A stretch of 63,583 nt of DNA, counting the filler, from Guillardia theta CCMP2712 (taxonomy: Eukaryota; Protista; Cryptophyta): NCBI RefSeq assembly GCF_000315625.1. It is 8 parts of 8 records of this genome, joined end to end, with 100 filler letters (N's around TTAATTAATTAA, not from the genome) between each part and the next. Parts side by side here need not be neighbours in the genome. Positions count along the whole stretch, not along the records: positions 30,696 to 45,247 come from NW_005434598.1; positions 45,348 to 47,792 come from NW_005434076.1; positions 47,893 to 50,816 come from NW_005434082.1; positions 50,917 to 58,876 come from NW_005434244.1; 4 more parts are not named here. One strand, written 5' to 3'. Under the pieces are notes generated by a model. That model had not been told where the DNA came from, made no database searches, and saw nothing but the letters and a program-made list of their open reading frames with translations. Shown here one piece after another: positions 40,325-53,709 of this stretch; positions within the stretch are counted from its first letter, which is position 1; the number at the start of each line of letters is the position of its first letter. Both the position numbers and the translations under genes were made by a program.

Positions 40325-42451
40325 GAGAGACAAGAGAAGACGATAGAGGGAAGAGAAGAGTCTTTATTGCTTGATAGAGTACATGCAATCTGCTGTCAGG
40401 CAGGCGAAGAAGACGGAAAACTTGAAACATGCCTCCCCTCCCGCTGTCACCGAGCTTTGAGGCAGCGGTTCAGATCTAAGAGCAGTGCAGTGATGGTAGT
40501 CAAGATAGTAGTTGGAGTCCTTTAAACCTTCTTTTTGCTATCTTTCTTTCCCATCCCCCTATCTTCCTGCTCCCGGTCGACCCGACTCAAATTCAGGTAC
40601 TTGGCCGCCAGCTCCCCCGCCCCGAGCCTCTCCCAGTCCTGTACGAAGCTCTCGTCTGCGTGGGCTCGAGGGAGGATGCCGTAGTCGCAGATGAGGTTGG
40701 AGGGCGAGGACACAGGGGAGACCGAGGGAGAGGAGCCGTGGAGGAGGAGGAAGGCGTGGAGGAAGGAGAGCTCGTCAGGGGCGTCAGGGGGAGGGGGTGT
40801 GCGCAAGAAGCAGTCGGAGGAGGAGGACTGCGTAGAAAAGGACTCAGGGTCTGAGACAAGATGAAAGTGCATGGCAGGAGAGGGAGGAGTGGGAGGGAGT
40901 AGTGGCGTGCAGTAGGGAGAGAGCGTTCGGCGTGCGTCCCATGGAAATCACGTGTTTTCGTGGGGCAGGGGAACGGTCGCTGTCACGACTGTCGGAGATG
41001 TGATGAGTAAAACTGATTTGCCGGGTATATCCGATACTTGATCGCGTCTCTCATGATTGTCCTCGTACTGATTTTTAGCTTAACTTTGAGTAAAACTGAA
41101 CTGTTTTGAGTCATGTCAACTCGTTGGCTCGCAAGCAGTCAAGACGGTCGGAGCTCCGAGGCTCAGTACTGTCACTGTCAGGGAGATAAGCGTAGAGTAT
41201 ACGTGCTCAAAAGGGTCTTCTCTCCCTGACTGCAGATACTTAACTTGACCGTTTGAGTCAATATGTCTGCGGCCGGCCAGCTTGTGAGTCCGGGGAGCTT
41301 CCGGAGCCTGGGAGTCCGGCCGACCCGGTGAAATTTACGTGCCAGCACAGTTTGGCCACCGCTAGCTCCCCCGCCCCGCCGGGCCCAGTCCTGTACTGTG
41401 ACGAAGCTCTCCGAGCCTAGGCTCGCCGGAGTCCGATACGGTCTGCCAAACTGCGTGGGCTCGGAGGAGGAGGCCGTAGTCCGATCGAAGACGAGGTTGG
41501 AGGACGAGGACGCGACGGAGGAAGGAGAGCTCGTCAGGGGCATCAGGGGGGGCCTCGGAGGGCCCGGAGGCCCGCAAGAAGAAAGACGAGGAGGAGGAGT
41601 GCGTGGAGGAGTGCTCGGGGTCCGAGGCAAGATGAAAGTGCGTGGCAGGAGAGCCGCCCGAGGAGTGCGAGGGAGGAGCGAGCCAACAAGCTTCTGCTCC
41701 TCTTGCTACCGTAGGACTAGCGCCCAAGCCACCCATACTAAACAGGCTCGCTCGGACACCAGGGGTCATCCTCCACAGGGTATATGGATGGTGTATGAGT
41801 CTTTTGAGTACAACAGCAAGAAAGCGCGTCATGATGGGAGGGATAAATGCGAGATAGACAGGGAGGAAGACGATAGAGGGAAGAGAGCGAGGTGTTTATT
41901 GCTTGATAGAGTACATGGGAAGCGAGCTCCGAGGAGGCCTGCTGTCAGGGTGGGGATACAATAAAGCCCCACGCGCTTCCTGAGAGCTGGGAGCGGATGA
42001 TAAGATCTGATGTCCTAGCGAGCAAGCGATGTATCTTGTTGATTCTCGACGATGGTGTGGACAAGTCCCTTTGTGCTATCTACCCTCCCCGAGCAGCGGT
42101 ACTTGGCTGCTAGCTCCCCCGCCCCGAGCCTCTCTCCCAGTCCTGTACGAAGCTCTCGTCTGCGTGGGCTCGAAAGAGGATGCCGTAGTCGCAGACGAGG
42201 TTGGAGGGCGAGGACACAGGGGAGACCGAGGGAGAGGAGCCGTGGAGGAGGAGGAAGGCGTGGAGGAAGGAGAGCTCGTCAGGGGCGTCAGGGGGAGGAG
42301 ACGTGCGCAAGAAGCAGTCGGAGGAGGAGGAGTGCGTAGAGGAGAGGGTCGAGGACTCCATGGAGGAAAGGTATAGGGGGCAGGGAGGAGGGCAGCGCAT
42401 GGCAGGAAGGGGGGGGGAGGAGGAAGGGGGCGTGGAAGGGAGTAGAGGCAT
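40325..42451 (-). repeat. Three diverged copies of a small orphan ORF (40522-40872, about 41362-41642, 42110-42400)
   Basis: Shared ..SSSS..FLR..PPDAPDELSFL..DYG..RAHA.. core; shared downstream GACGATAGAGGGAAGAGA..TTTATTGCTTGATAGAGTACATG near 40340 and 41870. Confidence 0.85.
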
Positions 42452-43099
42452 GAGGGGGAGGGGGTCTTATGAAATGCAGTAAAAAAGGGGACTCTGGAGA
42501 TTCGACTATAAAGACGCAACGATTGGTAGGGAGTAGCGTGAGATTCGCCTATCAAGACGCAACGATTGGAAGGGAGTGCTGCCAAACGGCTCGGCCTCCT
42601 GGGAGTCCGAGTGTAGCATGACACGACATGACAAACTTGAAACTTGTGGTCCGGTTGAAGGGTCGTCTTTGCGTCTCCACGGACTCCCCGGGATCTCGGC
42701 ATACCCGGGATGCCATGATAGTACGGTACAGTGACTAGACGGTATGCCCGGCCCGGCAGCCTCAGCGACGGCACGCACGGTCACCGGGTCACCGCATTCC
42801 GAAGTTCCGAGCCCGCATAACTGACGCGCCGGTTGCAATTTTAGTAGTACTACGGTATTAGTGACTCAATCCGCCTCAACAGAAAAATAGGAAAAGGAGA
42901 AGGCAGCAGAAACTTACCGTGTGGTTTTGAGTAAAGTCAGACGGGGTTTCCTCCAAGTTTCCCAGTTCAATGTGATAGGATACTATGATATTTTAACTTA
43001 AGTTTGATGAGTAAAATACTGGATGAGGCGAGCTTGCAGAGATTGAGAACACAAACCACACATTGAAGGCTCTATGGCAGGGCAGAGCAACGGGGAACG

Positions 43100-45110
43100 A
43101 TGAGAAGCAGGGGACGAAGAGGAGCTGAGGGTGAGGACGAGAGGCTTGCTGAGGATGGAGAGGAAGGAGAGGAAGGAGAAGTTGGGACGGAAGACTTGGG
43201 ACCAGAGGACGATGCAGGTTGTTTCCCCTCCGAGGGCCAAACTTGCTTTACCTCCTCGCGTGCTCCAAGAGAGATGGACAGAGCCTGTGAGTCAGGGAGA
43301 ACGTTCGTCTCGCTGGTGGACGCAAATCTGTGGAAGCAAGTGGAGCAGCAGAGTGTAAGACGCAGCATTGTTCTCCTGCAATCCCTCCTCGAAGAAGGCT
43401 GCGAGCTGTTCGAGCGCGATGATTCCGGCCGAACATGCGCGCATTGGTGATGCCATGCTCGCTTGCCTTGCGTTCTCTGCGTGTTCACATCTGGTCAACG
43501 CAGGGCGGCATGCTGTGGCCGCGGTTGGGAGCTGCACTTCCTCCTGGCGTTCGAGCAATCCTGCAGGAGACGGTGTAAGGAGAGTCTGAGTGGGCAGGTA
43601 GCCTGTTGAGGCGCTTGCTCGGCCCTTGACGATGTTGACCAGGTCTCTCTCTTAAGTATGAGAGATGATGGAGGAAGGACGATCTTACTATCCTCTGTTG
43701 AGTTCGGTCACTCGCACATCACCAGATACCTGTTGACAACATGGTGTACAAGTTGAATGTCGAAAGTTCCGGCTGAGCGTTTTGCAGGGCGGAAGCCGAT
43801 CCGAATGATAGGGACATCAATGGCATTTCTGCGCTAGAGATTGCAATAGGAACTGAAAGACAATTCTTTGCATGCCAGAACTGAACGCTCTCTGTCAAAC
43901 AGTCAAAGGAGACAAGAATTGTGTGAAATATCTGCTTAAGGTACTTTCTTGCTCAGCCAGCCACCCGGCCACCCAGTCAGCCAGTCAGCTAGTCAGAATC
44001 AAGTCAGCAGAGTCAGTCAAGTCAACTTACAGTTCAGTCAGTGCAATCAAGTCAAGTCGCATTTCAGTCAGTGTAGTCATTTTCTTTCTCCTTGTTTTTT
44101 TGATTCACTGAAAAATTCACGCTGAACTATCTCATACAGGCGGGTGCAAACATACAGAGAGTTGAGGGAGAAATTTCGTTGTCTGAGTTAGCAGCACGTG
44201 AAGACCATTGTGACTTTCAACCACGAGTATTCTCATGATTGTTGGCAGGATGTGACGACGAACAACTAGTCAAACTCGTATCTCTCGCAGAAACAAGTCT
44301 GCCTGACCTCCGATCCCCTTCTCCTGGACTCTTGGCGTATCTTCGATGCCAGGTATGATCAGGTTTTGCATGTTGGTATGTGACGTTGTATCAGGCATCT
44401 TTCGCTATCGATCGAGTCATCACGCCGAAAGCCTACGCTCTTGTACTTGTCTTTGCGCCGTTGCGTCCTGGAGCAGCAGCGGAGAATCGTTGACTGTCAT
44501 GAACAGGCTGATCTCTACCTTCCCCCTCCCTTGCGTGATCGTTACATTTGGAATTTTTCAATGACTGTGTGAGAAAACACATTGAGTGACATAAATGAGA
44601 TTTGTTTGAAAACAGGTTTTTGTCTTTTTTTGCACAGTCATGGTGACGATTGCTCTTCTGCTTTGATGTGACTGATCGTGTTCAAGGTTGTCAGACTATA
44701 CATGAGTTTGATCCTCGTTGGATTGTTTGCAATCATCTGGAAATGGATCTCAAGTTACTTTTCACAACGAGGTTTGAGAAATTTGCAAAGAAACGATGAG
44801 GTGAGATGAGTTGAGTTGAGTTGAGTTGAGCAGTCAAACAAGTCGAAGTTGCTGTCGGCTTCTGGCGAGGATGTGTAAGATTCTTGCTACTGGTCTAATA
44901 TCTGTGTAACAAACACACGCAGGTTGTTTCATACATGATGCTTGCTCTGTTGTTTACCTTCCATGGATACTTTGCAAACTTGTGCAACACAGCAGGACAG
45001 GTAGAGATTTTGCCTCTCAGTCGAGCCGGACAGGCTGAGTAGTGTGCAGGTTGCATGCCGCATCTTCTTTCATGGCGCATGCTTCATCATGTTGCTTGCT
45101 TGCGCTGGTA
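43100..45110 (+). CDS. Ankyrin-repeat protein with downstream hydrophobic segments, multi-exon, truncated by gap
   Basis: DDSGRTCAHW|AA, DDGGRTILLSSVEFGHSHITRYLL, GADPNDRDINGISALEIAI, CVKYLLK|AGANI ankyrin motifs. Confidence 0.75.
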
Positions 45111-45569
45111 AAGGCAGTTTGTTCCTCCCACCTCCCTTCTCCCACCTCCCTCCTCCCACCTCCCTCCTCCCACCTCCCTCCTCCCTCCTCCCTCCTCCCT
45201 CCTCCCTCCCCCCTCCTCCCTCCTCCTCGTCTCTTCTCTGGTTCTCCNNNNNNNNNNNNNNNNNNNNNNNNNNNNNNNNNNNNNNNNNNNNTTAATTAAT
45301 TAANNNNNNNNNNNNNNNNNNNNNNNNNNNNNNNNNNNNNNNNNNNNCACCCATCGAATAGACCATAAGGACCTCACGATGTAGATGACGGCTGAGACCA
45401 TCCTCATCCCAGCATAAGTGGCAATCGAGATTACCAAGCACCAAGTTCGAACATATAGTGGTCCACAAACATTTGACTCATAGACATTCGCCTCCACCCT
45501 GCGGGGGGGAGAAGAATTTTGTGCGGTGCGAGCTCAAGACTGGTCGAGGTGACAAGTCGATGGTTTGAC

Positions 45570-46083
45570 AGGTTTCTTGATCTATTCCTCCTACAAGATT
45601 CTTGCTGGTAAGAAACGTTCTTCTTCTTCTCCTCTTCCTCTTCCTCCACCCCTCGGCTTCTCCTCCCTCCCCCTGACACGCTATGCTAGGAGGAGGAGAC
45701 GACGACGACGACGAGGATTTGAGCAACAACTCAGTGGTGAGAAGGAAGAAGAAGGAGAGGATGGAGAAGGAGAGGATGGAGGAGGAGGAGGAGGAGGAGA
45801 GGAGAAGCGAGGGAGGGAGGGAGGGAGAAGGAGAAGGGATTCCGCCAGGAGCACTCACGTTGAGCAGGTCAAGTTCTCGAGCAAACTCCTCCAGTCGACC
45901 AAGGAGTACGATGGTGGAAACTTCTTCACGCAGGTAGAGAACGAGGGAGCGAGGGAGGAGGAGGGGAAGGAGTAGACTGGAGCTGACTTGTCCAACAGGT
46001 GGATGGGGTGAAGAGGGCAACTCCGCTCCTGCTCGTTCTCTTCTGCGTGGAGTTTTCTGACATTCTCTTTGCGGTGAGTGTGT

Positions 46084-46139
<56 letters not shown>

Positions 46140-46646
46140 GCTTTGTTATCCTGCTCTGCGTCGTTGTCCTCCTCCTCTTCCTGAGCTGCTTCGTCCTTCT
46201 CCTCCTGCTCCTCCTGCTCCTCCCCGTGATCTTCTTCCTTGACTGAATTTCGTCCTTCAGGTCGACTCAATCCCTGCTGTCTTCGGAGTTACTGAGGTTG
46301 TGCTCCTCCTTGCCCCTGCTCGTCTTGCGTCCTCTCCTCTCAACCTCCTCCCCTCTCACCCTTCTTCCATCCTCTTCTTCCATCCTCCTCGTCCTCTTCC
46401 CCCTCCCCCTCCTCGTCCTCTCCTCCTCTTGATCCTCTCTCGTCTGATCCTCCCCCTCGTCCATCTCCACGTTCACCTCCTCCTCCTCATTGTCTTGCGA
46501 GTCTTTCTCACTTTGTCTCAGGATCCTTTCGTTGTCTTCACCTCCAACATCTTCGCTATTCTCGGCCTCAGGTCAGTCGAAAGAGGAAACGTGAAGACGA
46601 GGAGGAAGGGGATCAGGAGGCGAGCGACGAGGAACAAGGAAGGGGG

Positions 46647-46714
<68 letters not shown>

Positions 46715-47689
46715 CAGGAGCAGCAGGAGCAGGAGCAGGAGCAGGGGGAGGAGCAGGAGGAGCAGGAATGGGATCAGGTGATGTTGGTGGAGGAGGAGCT
46801 GACAATGGCTGAAGGTCACTTTATCTCGTAATCTCGAAGCTCGTGCAAGAGCTCGAGTACCTCGAGCCAGCCGTCGGACTGGTAGGAAGGAGGAGGGGAG
46901 GGGAGGAGGAGCAGCACGAGGAGAGGAAGAGGAGGAGGAAGAGAAGTAGCAGGAGGTGGAGAGGACAGGAGGAGAAGGGGAGGGGGAGGGGGAGGAGGAG
47001 GAGGAGGAGGAGGAGGGAGCAGGTGCTAATGTTCGAGCAGGTTCTTGGATTTGTGGGTCTCAAGATGATCGGAGAATTCATGGGGATGGATACCCCTGAA
47101 GAAATGTAAGAGAACCCCTATCTCCCTCCCTGCTCCCTGCTCCCGCTCCAGCCCCCGCTCCCTCCCCTGCCCCTGCCCCTGCCCCTGCCCCTGCCCCTGC
47201 TCTCCACACCTTGTTTTTCCCCATTCTTTCCCTTCCTCCACTATCTCATGCTCTTTCTTGTTCGCCCCGTCTCCTCACTGCCTGCAGCTCTCTTGGCGTC
47301 GTCGTGTCCATGCTCTCTGCTGGAGTCGCCGCCTCCTACTGGAAGAACTCGCAGAAGGGTAGGAGGAGAGGGCGGGAAGCAGGAGCTGAGATGACTGCAG
47401 ACGGCGACGAGGAGGACCAGGTGGAGGAGAAGCAGCCAGTGGTGAGATCGGAGGAGAAGGGAGGAGGGAGGAGGGAGGGGAGCGGGAAGGTGGAGGAGGA
47501 GAATGAAGGAGGGGGAGGAGGAGGGGGGGGGGGGAGGGGAGTCTCTGTCTCTGACTTTATGGTCAGGCGAGCCAAGACAAGGAGTTGGTTAAGAAGGAAT
47601 GAAAACTCCCACTGGGCTGCACGTGAACTCTTGGAAGGCTTAAATGACGGAGAAGCCAGCTGGGACGAGCTGAACATTAACCGGAGCTG
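45570..47689 (+). CDS. terC: TerC-family integral membrane protein (plastid/thylakoid type), 3' part
   Basis: FLIYSSYKIL..EDLSNNSVV..YDGGNFFT|VDGVKRATPLLLVLFCVEFSDILFA|VDSIPAVFGVT|DPFVVFTSNIFAILGLR|SLY..LEYLEPAVG|VLGFVGLKM. Confidence 0.93.
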
Positions 47690-49285
47690 ACCTGGAGTGC
47701 GGGAGGATGAGGAAGAGAAGATGACCACTTGGTTTGATTGTTTCTTTGGCGTGTAAAATTGAGAAGCTGAGAAATTACTTGGGAACCTGTCGNNNNNNNN
47801 NNNNNNNNNNNNNNNNNNNNNNNNNNNNNNNNNNNNTTAATTAATTAANNNNNNNNNNNNNNNNNNNNNNNNNNNNNNNNNNNNNNNNNNNNAGCTCGGG
47901 TCGGGCAAAGACCGTCACTTCAAGTACCTTCCCAAGGTCTCCTCCTCCTCCTCTTCCTCCTCCTCCTCCTCCTCCTCCCTGTCCTCATCCTGTCCTCCTA
48001 TTCCTTGTCCTATTCCCCTACTCCCCCCCTCTTCTCGCGCTGATCTCTCGCTCTTGGCATCAGATTCGTCCTGCCTCACACGACCCTCCTCCTCTCCCGA
48101 TCTTCAAACGCGACCACTGCAGGTCAGCTGCTCCTCTGACCCCCGAGACTCTGACATGAGGAGCAGAAAGTGGTGAGGAGGTAGAACCTGTACATTACCC
48201 ACCAACGCGGAGGAGGAGGAGGAGGAGAAGGAGAGAGAGAGGAGATCGAGCATGGTGTATTGACTGTACATATGGAGGACAAGAAGACGCCTTGCTCATC
48301 TATCGCGTTCTTCTTCTTCCTCTTCTTCTCTTCCCTCCTCTTGCGGTTTCTCGCTCTAAGAATGTTCAATCAGCACAGCAGCTGGTGGTATCGCAATAAA
48401 TCAAAACAGAGTCTTCACCCTTTCACGTCTTCATCTTCCTCCTCCCCTCCCCTCGCTCTCTCTCCTCCTCTTCTCTGCATCTCTGGACTTCTTCGCTCAT
48501 TTCCTCCGCGAGGAAACTCGTCAAGACCGTGAAAAGTCAACGACGACGAGGAGAGGAGGAGAGCAGCCCTAGAGCAGACTGATGCCTCCGTCGCTCCCTT
48601 CCCTTCCCTCCCTTTCCTCCCTCTACCTCTCTCTCCCCCCCTCTCTCCCCCTCCTCCCTTCCTCTCCTTCCCTCCTCTCCTTGAGCCTGGTACCGGTACC
48701 ACAGCCTCCCTCCTCCCCTCCCCCTCCTTCCTCTCGCCCTCTCTCTTCCCCCTCCCTTCCCTCTCCTCTCCTTCCCTCCCTCCTCTCGCTAGAGACGCTG
48801 AGCCTGGTACCGGTACCGCAGACTCGTGATCGACAGCTCTTGACGCCTCTCACTTGCGGGCGAGCATGAAGACCAAGGATGCAGCCCCCAGCACATGAAG
48901 CTCCAGTCTTGATGGCTGCGATCGTGACGCTGCTGGTTCTGTCGGAGGCGAGGGAGAGGGAGGAGGTTGTGGTAGGCTGATGAAGCAGGAGGTCTTGTCA
49001 GTATGGTGATCAAACTGCAACTACTGGCGTATCCTCTACGTTGCTGACGTTCCCCGCACTGCTGTGAGCTGTCATAGAAAGATTCACTCTCAAGTCAGGA
49101 TTAAAAGCCTCAAGCCAAGTAGGTAAACCAAAAGACCTTCTGGCACGGCTGCGCAAACACACAAACAGCCAACACAAGGCGAAGAGACTGGCAGCTGGTC
49201 CTGAGAGGCGAGCAGGTCAGGATAGCTCACTCCATGAAGCTTCACGCTACATACCAGCTCTAGATGGCGATCGCAGACCTTGGCG

Positions 49286-50520
49286 CTAGCAGATCTTGAC
49301 GATGCTGGTGGGCATCGAGCGACACATGGGGCAGGGCCTAGCAGCAGCAGCTTCCTTGCAGTCCCCGCACAGACACTTGTGACCGCAGGGGACCAGCGCC
49401 CATTCAGCTCTTCGATCCATGCAGACGACGCATTCCTGCCTGCGAATCTCGACGGCCTCGTCATATCGCTGCTGCAGCTTCTTCTGTAGGTCGCTGAAAG
49501 ATGGCCGCTCGTTCTTCTGCTCCTTCCAGCACTCTTGCATGATCGCATACACTTGAGGAGGGCATGATGCAGGAGCCGCTAGTCGCTCGCCGTCCACGAC
49601 CTTGGGTCCTACAAGCTCATCGTCGGTGATGGCCCAATAAGGGACTTCTCCGTAAGTCCAGATCTCCCACATGGTCACCCCGAACGCCCACACGTCGCTC
49701 TTCTCCGAGTACTGCCTTCGTCTTATGCTCTCCGGCGCCATCCACCGGACGGGCCGGGCCGTCGATCCTGCCGTGCTCACGCTCTCTGCTCGACTCTCGC
49801 CGTACCCGCGGGAGGCCATGAGCGACAGCCCGTAGTCAGCGATCTTGACGCTGACAGCCAGGTGGTCCTCCCGGTCGAGGCTGAAGACAAGCACGTTCCT
49901 CGCCGCCAGGTCCCGATGCACGACCTCGTGCAGCGACAGCTGCACCATCCCGTCGCAGATCTGCCTCGCCACCTGCAGCTGCACCAGCAGACTCATCCTC
50001 TCCTCCTCCTCGGCGAAGTTGATCAGGATCCCATCGAGAGACCCCTTGGAGGCGAACTCGGTCACCAGGCAGTAGTCGCCAGAGCTGGGCTCGATGCTGA
50101 TGGCGAGGAGGCGAAGGAGGTTGGGGTGACGGCCCAGCTGCTGGCAGATCTTCACCTCCTGCTCGAACTCTTCTCTCCTCCCCGTGGGTCCGCTGCCTCT
50201 GATTTGCTGGATGGCAACGTCAACGCTGCTTCCCCGCGGCTGCTGCCAGCGAGCCTTGTAGACGAGCTTGAAGGAGCCTGAGCCGATCTGCCGCATGTCC
50301 GCAAACGACTTGAAGTCTACCGACGGGATGAGGCTCAGCTGCATTCCAAGTCATCGAAACTCAAATCAAGACAGTGAGAACCTGAGAACCAACGTGAAGA
50401 CTCTCGTTCGCTTGTCGCTCACGCTCCTGCTCCTCCCTCGCCTTGCGCTCCTGCTCCTCCCTCGCCTTGCGCTGCTGCTCCTCCCTCTCCTGTTGCTCTT
50501 GTGCCTGCTGTTGACTAATT
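49286..50520 (-). CDS. Tyrosine-kinase-type protein kinase with C-terminal RING finger and upstream coiled-coil exon
   Basis: IGSGSFKLVY, HRDLAARNVL, KIADYGLS, PVRWMAPES, SDVWAFGVTMWEI; then CVVCMDRRAEWALVPCGHKCLCGDC..CPMCR. The upstream exon encodes (EEQERKAR)n. Confidence 0.92.
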
Positions 50521-51773
50521 CTTTGTTCGTTTTCTTGAAGGCGTCTCTTGCAATGGCTGCACCCAACCTTCCGATAGAAGTTGTCACATCAGCAGAGGTT
50601 GATTTCATCAGCAAACATCAACCTCCTGAAAATCTGCCCATCCTTGAGATCTAGCGCACTGAGAGATACAGTCAAAAATCGTTGAAATAAAAATGATATG
50701 GAGTTTGAAATACTCACATTCTGAGAAAAAAAAAGCGCAGAACGATCAAAAACCAGAGTGAATAGAAAATGGAGAAAAAATGATCAACACAAATAACAAA
50801 AAAAGAGCAGTCGAAANNNNNNNNNNNNNNNNNNNNNNNNNNNNNNNNNNNNNNNNNNNNTTAATTAATTAANNNNNNNNNNNNNNNNNNNNNNNNNNNN
50901 NNNNNNNNNNNNNNNNCAGAGCTCTGATGGGATCGTCGTGTCGCTCTACATCGTATCCGCAAGGCAGGCGGTATGATGACTTGCCTGTCAGAGTCAGATG
51001 TTGAGGAGCCAGCACGTTTGACTCTCGCAACGGTCACGTGACTCTACCTGTCAGATCTATTTATGAAATATAACCCTTTTTAAGGTAGCGCCCTCTCCCT
51101 GCCAACCGAGCTCCTTTCAAAATTGCCTCCGAAGGTCCGGGGACAACTTTGACTGTCAGCTGACAGGAAAGGCCCATGACTCCTGTCCCCCTTCAAGGTC
51201 TGGCGACGAAATATAGCCTGTTAAAGCAGAGACAGTCCTTTTATCGCTCCCCTCCCCTCAATAAGACTCCTTCCTGCGCAGGCTTGAGCTCGCCTTCACA
51301 GAGCTCTGATAGGATCGTCTTGTCGCTCTACATCGTATCCGCAAGGCAGGCGGTATGATGACTTTTGACTGTCAGAGTCAGATGTTGAGGAAGCAGCACG
51401 TTTGACTCTCGCAACGGTCACGTGACTCTACCTGTCAGATCTATTTATCGGCTTCTCCCTGCCAACCGAGCTCCTTTCAAAATTACCTCCGAAGGTCCGG
51501 GGACAACTTTGACTGTCAGCTGACAGGAAAGGCCCATGACTCCTGTCTCCCTTCAAGGTCTGGCGACGAAATATAGCCTGTTAAAGCAGGAACAGTCGCT
51601 CCTCATACCAACAAAAGATTTTGATATATAGCTTACAGTCGCTCCAACTACCCCCTTTTATAGCTCCCCTCCCCTCCTGCCCACCGCTCGCTCGTCCTCT
51701 CTCTCTCTGTCTGCTGCAACAAGCTTCTCTCTTCAAGCCCTCCCCTCTGACCTCTTCCTCGGCCTTCTCCTCC

Positions 51774-52226
51774 ATGAAGACTCCCCTCTCCTCTGTCCTC
51801 ACCGTCTCCCCCCGCCCTCGCAGCAGCCTGCCCCTCGCCCCCTCCCCTCCTCCCCCCGTCACCCTCGACATGGAGACGCTCAGGCCGCTCTTCCGTCTGC
51901 CTCAGCCTGTCGCTGCTCGATGTCTCGGGGTCTCGCTCTCCTCCCTCAAGCTCGCTTGCCGCCGCCTGGGCGTACAAAGGTGGCCGTACAAGGCCGCGAG
52001 ACCCCCGGCCAAGTCGCCGACCTGCTCAGCGCCCCAGGGCTGCAGCCAAGCAGCGCCCCAGGGCTGTAGCTCGGGAGGCCGCGGCCCGGCAGACAAGCCC
52101 TCGGGCTGCACGTACCGGAGGCTGAGGTGGATCGACCTGGGGCTCTTCGACCTGCTTGAGGACAGCATGAAGCACGTGGCGGGGACGGGCTTCCTGGTGG
52201 AGGGCCGGGGAGGCAGAGGGGAATGA
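51774..52226 (+). CDS. RWP-RK domain transcription factor, copy 1
   Basis: LDMETLRPLFRLPQPVAARCLGVSLSSLKLACRRLGVQRWPYK. Confidence 0.9.
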   Translation: MKTPLSSVLTVSPRPRSSLPLAPSPPPPVTLDMETLRPLFRLPQPVAARCLGVSLSSLKLACRRLGVQRWPYKAARPPAKSPTCSAPQGCSQAAPQGCSSGGRGPADKPSGCTYRRLRWIDLGLFDLLEDSMKHVAGTGFLVEGRGGRGE

Positions 52227-53709
52227 GAAGACGGGGAGGAAGGAGGGGGCAGGCGAAGGGTTGGTAACGCCCGAGGGTGTAGCAGGGCAGCAGAGCTGAT
52301 GTAAGAAGAGTGTGTGTATGGGCTAGCCTCCAAAGGGAGCTTGGCAAGTAAATAAACCACCTTCCTGATACGAGCGGGGGGGCAAGGGGCATTCGGTAGC
52401 CATGCGTCTGCCATGGCCGACCCGCGGCTGGGGCCTTGAGCACCAGAAGACAGTGCGTGCGTTCTGGGAGTCTACGGCAAGACCTGCACAGCCGCACGCC
52501 CAGCAGTAGAGGCAGGCGAGGGCTAGAGATGCCTCGACGGGGAGGAGCCTGAGAGCGGCAGAGGCTGAGTCAGGACCGGACGTGATAGGAGGTCGGAGCT
52601 CGAGACCGAGTGACTGGTCGAGCTGGTCCAAGGAGGAGGAGCAGGCCCAGAGCTCGCCCCGAGACTATCAGGGTGTGAGGACGTGCTTCAACGGCTTGAG
52701 GCCTTGGAGAGGGAGGTCGTTGACAGCACCAGGACGAGCGCAGCTCTGAGGGCACCTGAGTGAGGTTCGGTCACCCCCCGCAGCTTTACGGGTGGCAGAT
52801 GTCCATGGCAAATGCTCAAGGCACCTCCGCGGGACCACACGCAAAGGTGAGGTACCACCCGTACTCGGCACTCTCTGTCGCCCAACAGGGGTTGTACTCC
52901 CCAAGTCCAGTAGCCTTGCTGCCCTCGTGGCTGTAAGACACGACCATAGCTTCTCTTGCTGCCCCGTCCTGCTCAATAAGACTCCTTCCTGCGCAGGCTC
53001 GAGCTCGCCTTCACAGAGCTCTGATGGGATCGTCTTGTCGCTCTACATCGTATCCGCAAGGCAGGCGGTATGATGACTTGCCTGTCAGAGTCAGATGTTG
53101 AGGAACCAGCGGGTTTGACTCTCGCAACGGTCACGTGACTCTACCTGTCAGATCTATTTATCGGCTGCTCCCTGCCAACCGAGCTCCTTTCAAAATTACC
53201 TCCGAAGGTCCGGGGACAACTTTGACTGTCAGCTGACAGGAAAGGCCCATGACTCCTGTCCCCCTTCAAGGTCTGGCGACAAAATATAGCCTGTTAAAGC
53301 AGAGACAGTCCTTTTATCGCTCCCCTCCCCTCAATAAGACTCCTTCCTGCGCAGGCTTGAGCTCGCCTTCACAGAGCTCTGATAGGATCGTCATGTCGCT
53401 CTACATCGTATCCGCAAGGCAGGCGGTATGACGACTTGCCTGTCAGAGTGTGAAAGGGGCTCGGTTGGCAGGGAGATGCAGGACTGGAGGTAACGAGTCA
53501 CGTGACCGTGTCCCCCTTCAAGGTCTGGGGACGAAATGTAGCCTACCAGTCGCTCCAAGTACTACATATCCTATTTTAGCTCCCCTCCCCTTGTATAGCT
53601 CCCCTCCCCTCCTGCCACCGCTCGCTCGTCCTCTTCTCTGTGTCTGCTGCAGCAGCGAGCTTCCCTCTTCAAGCCCTCCCCTCCGACCTCTTCCTCGGCC
53701 TTCTCCTCC

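Noticed and set aside
48682-48818. Duplicated TGAGCCTGGTACCGGTACC palindrome
   Set aside because: Only two local copies within low-complexity sequence; likely a slippage duplication.
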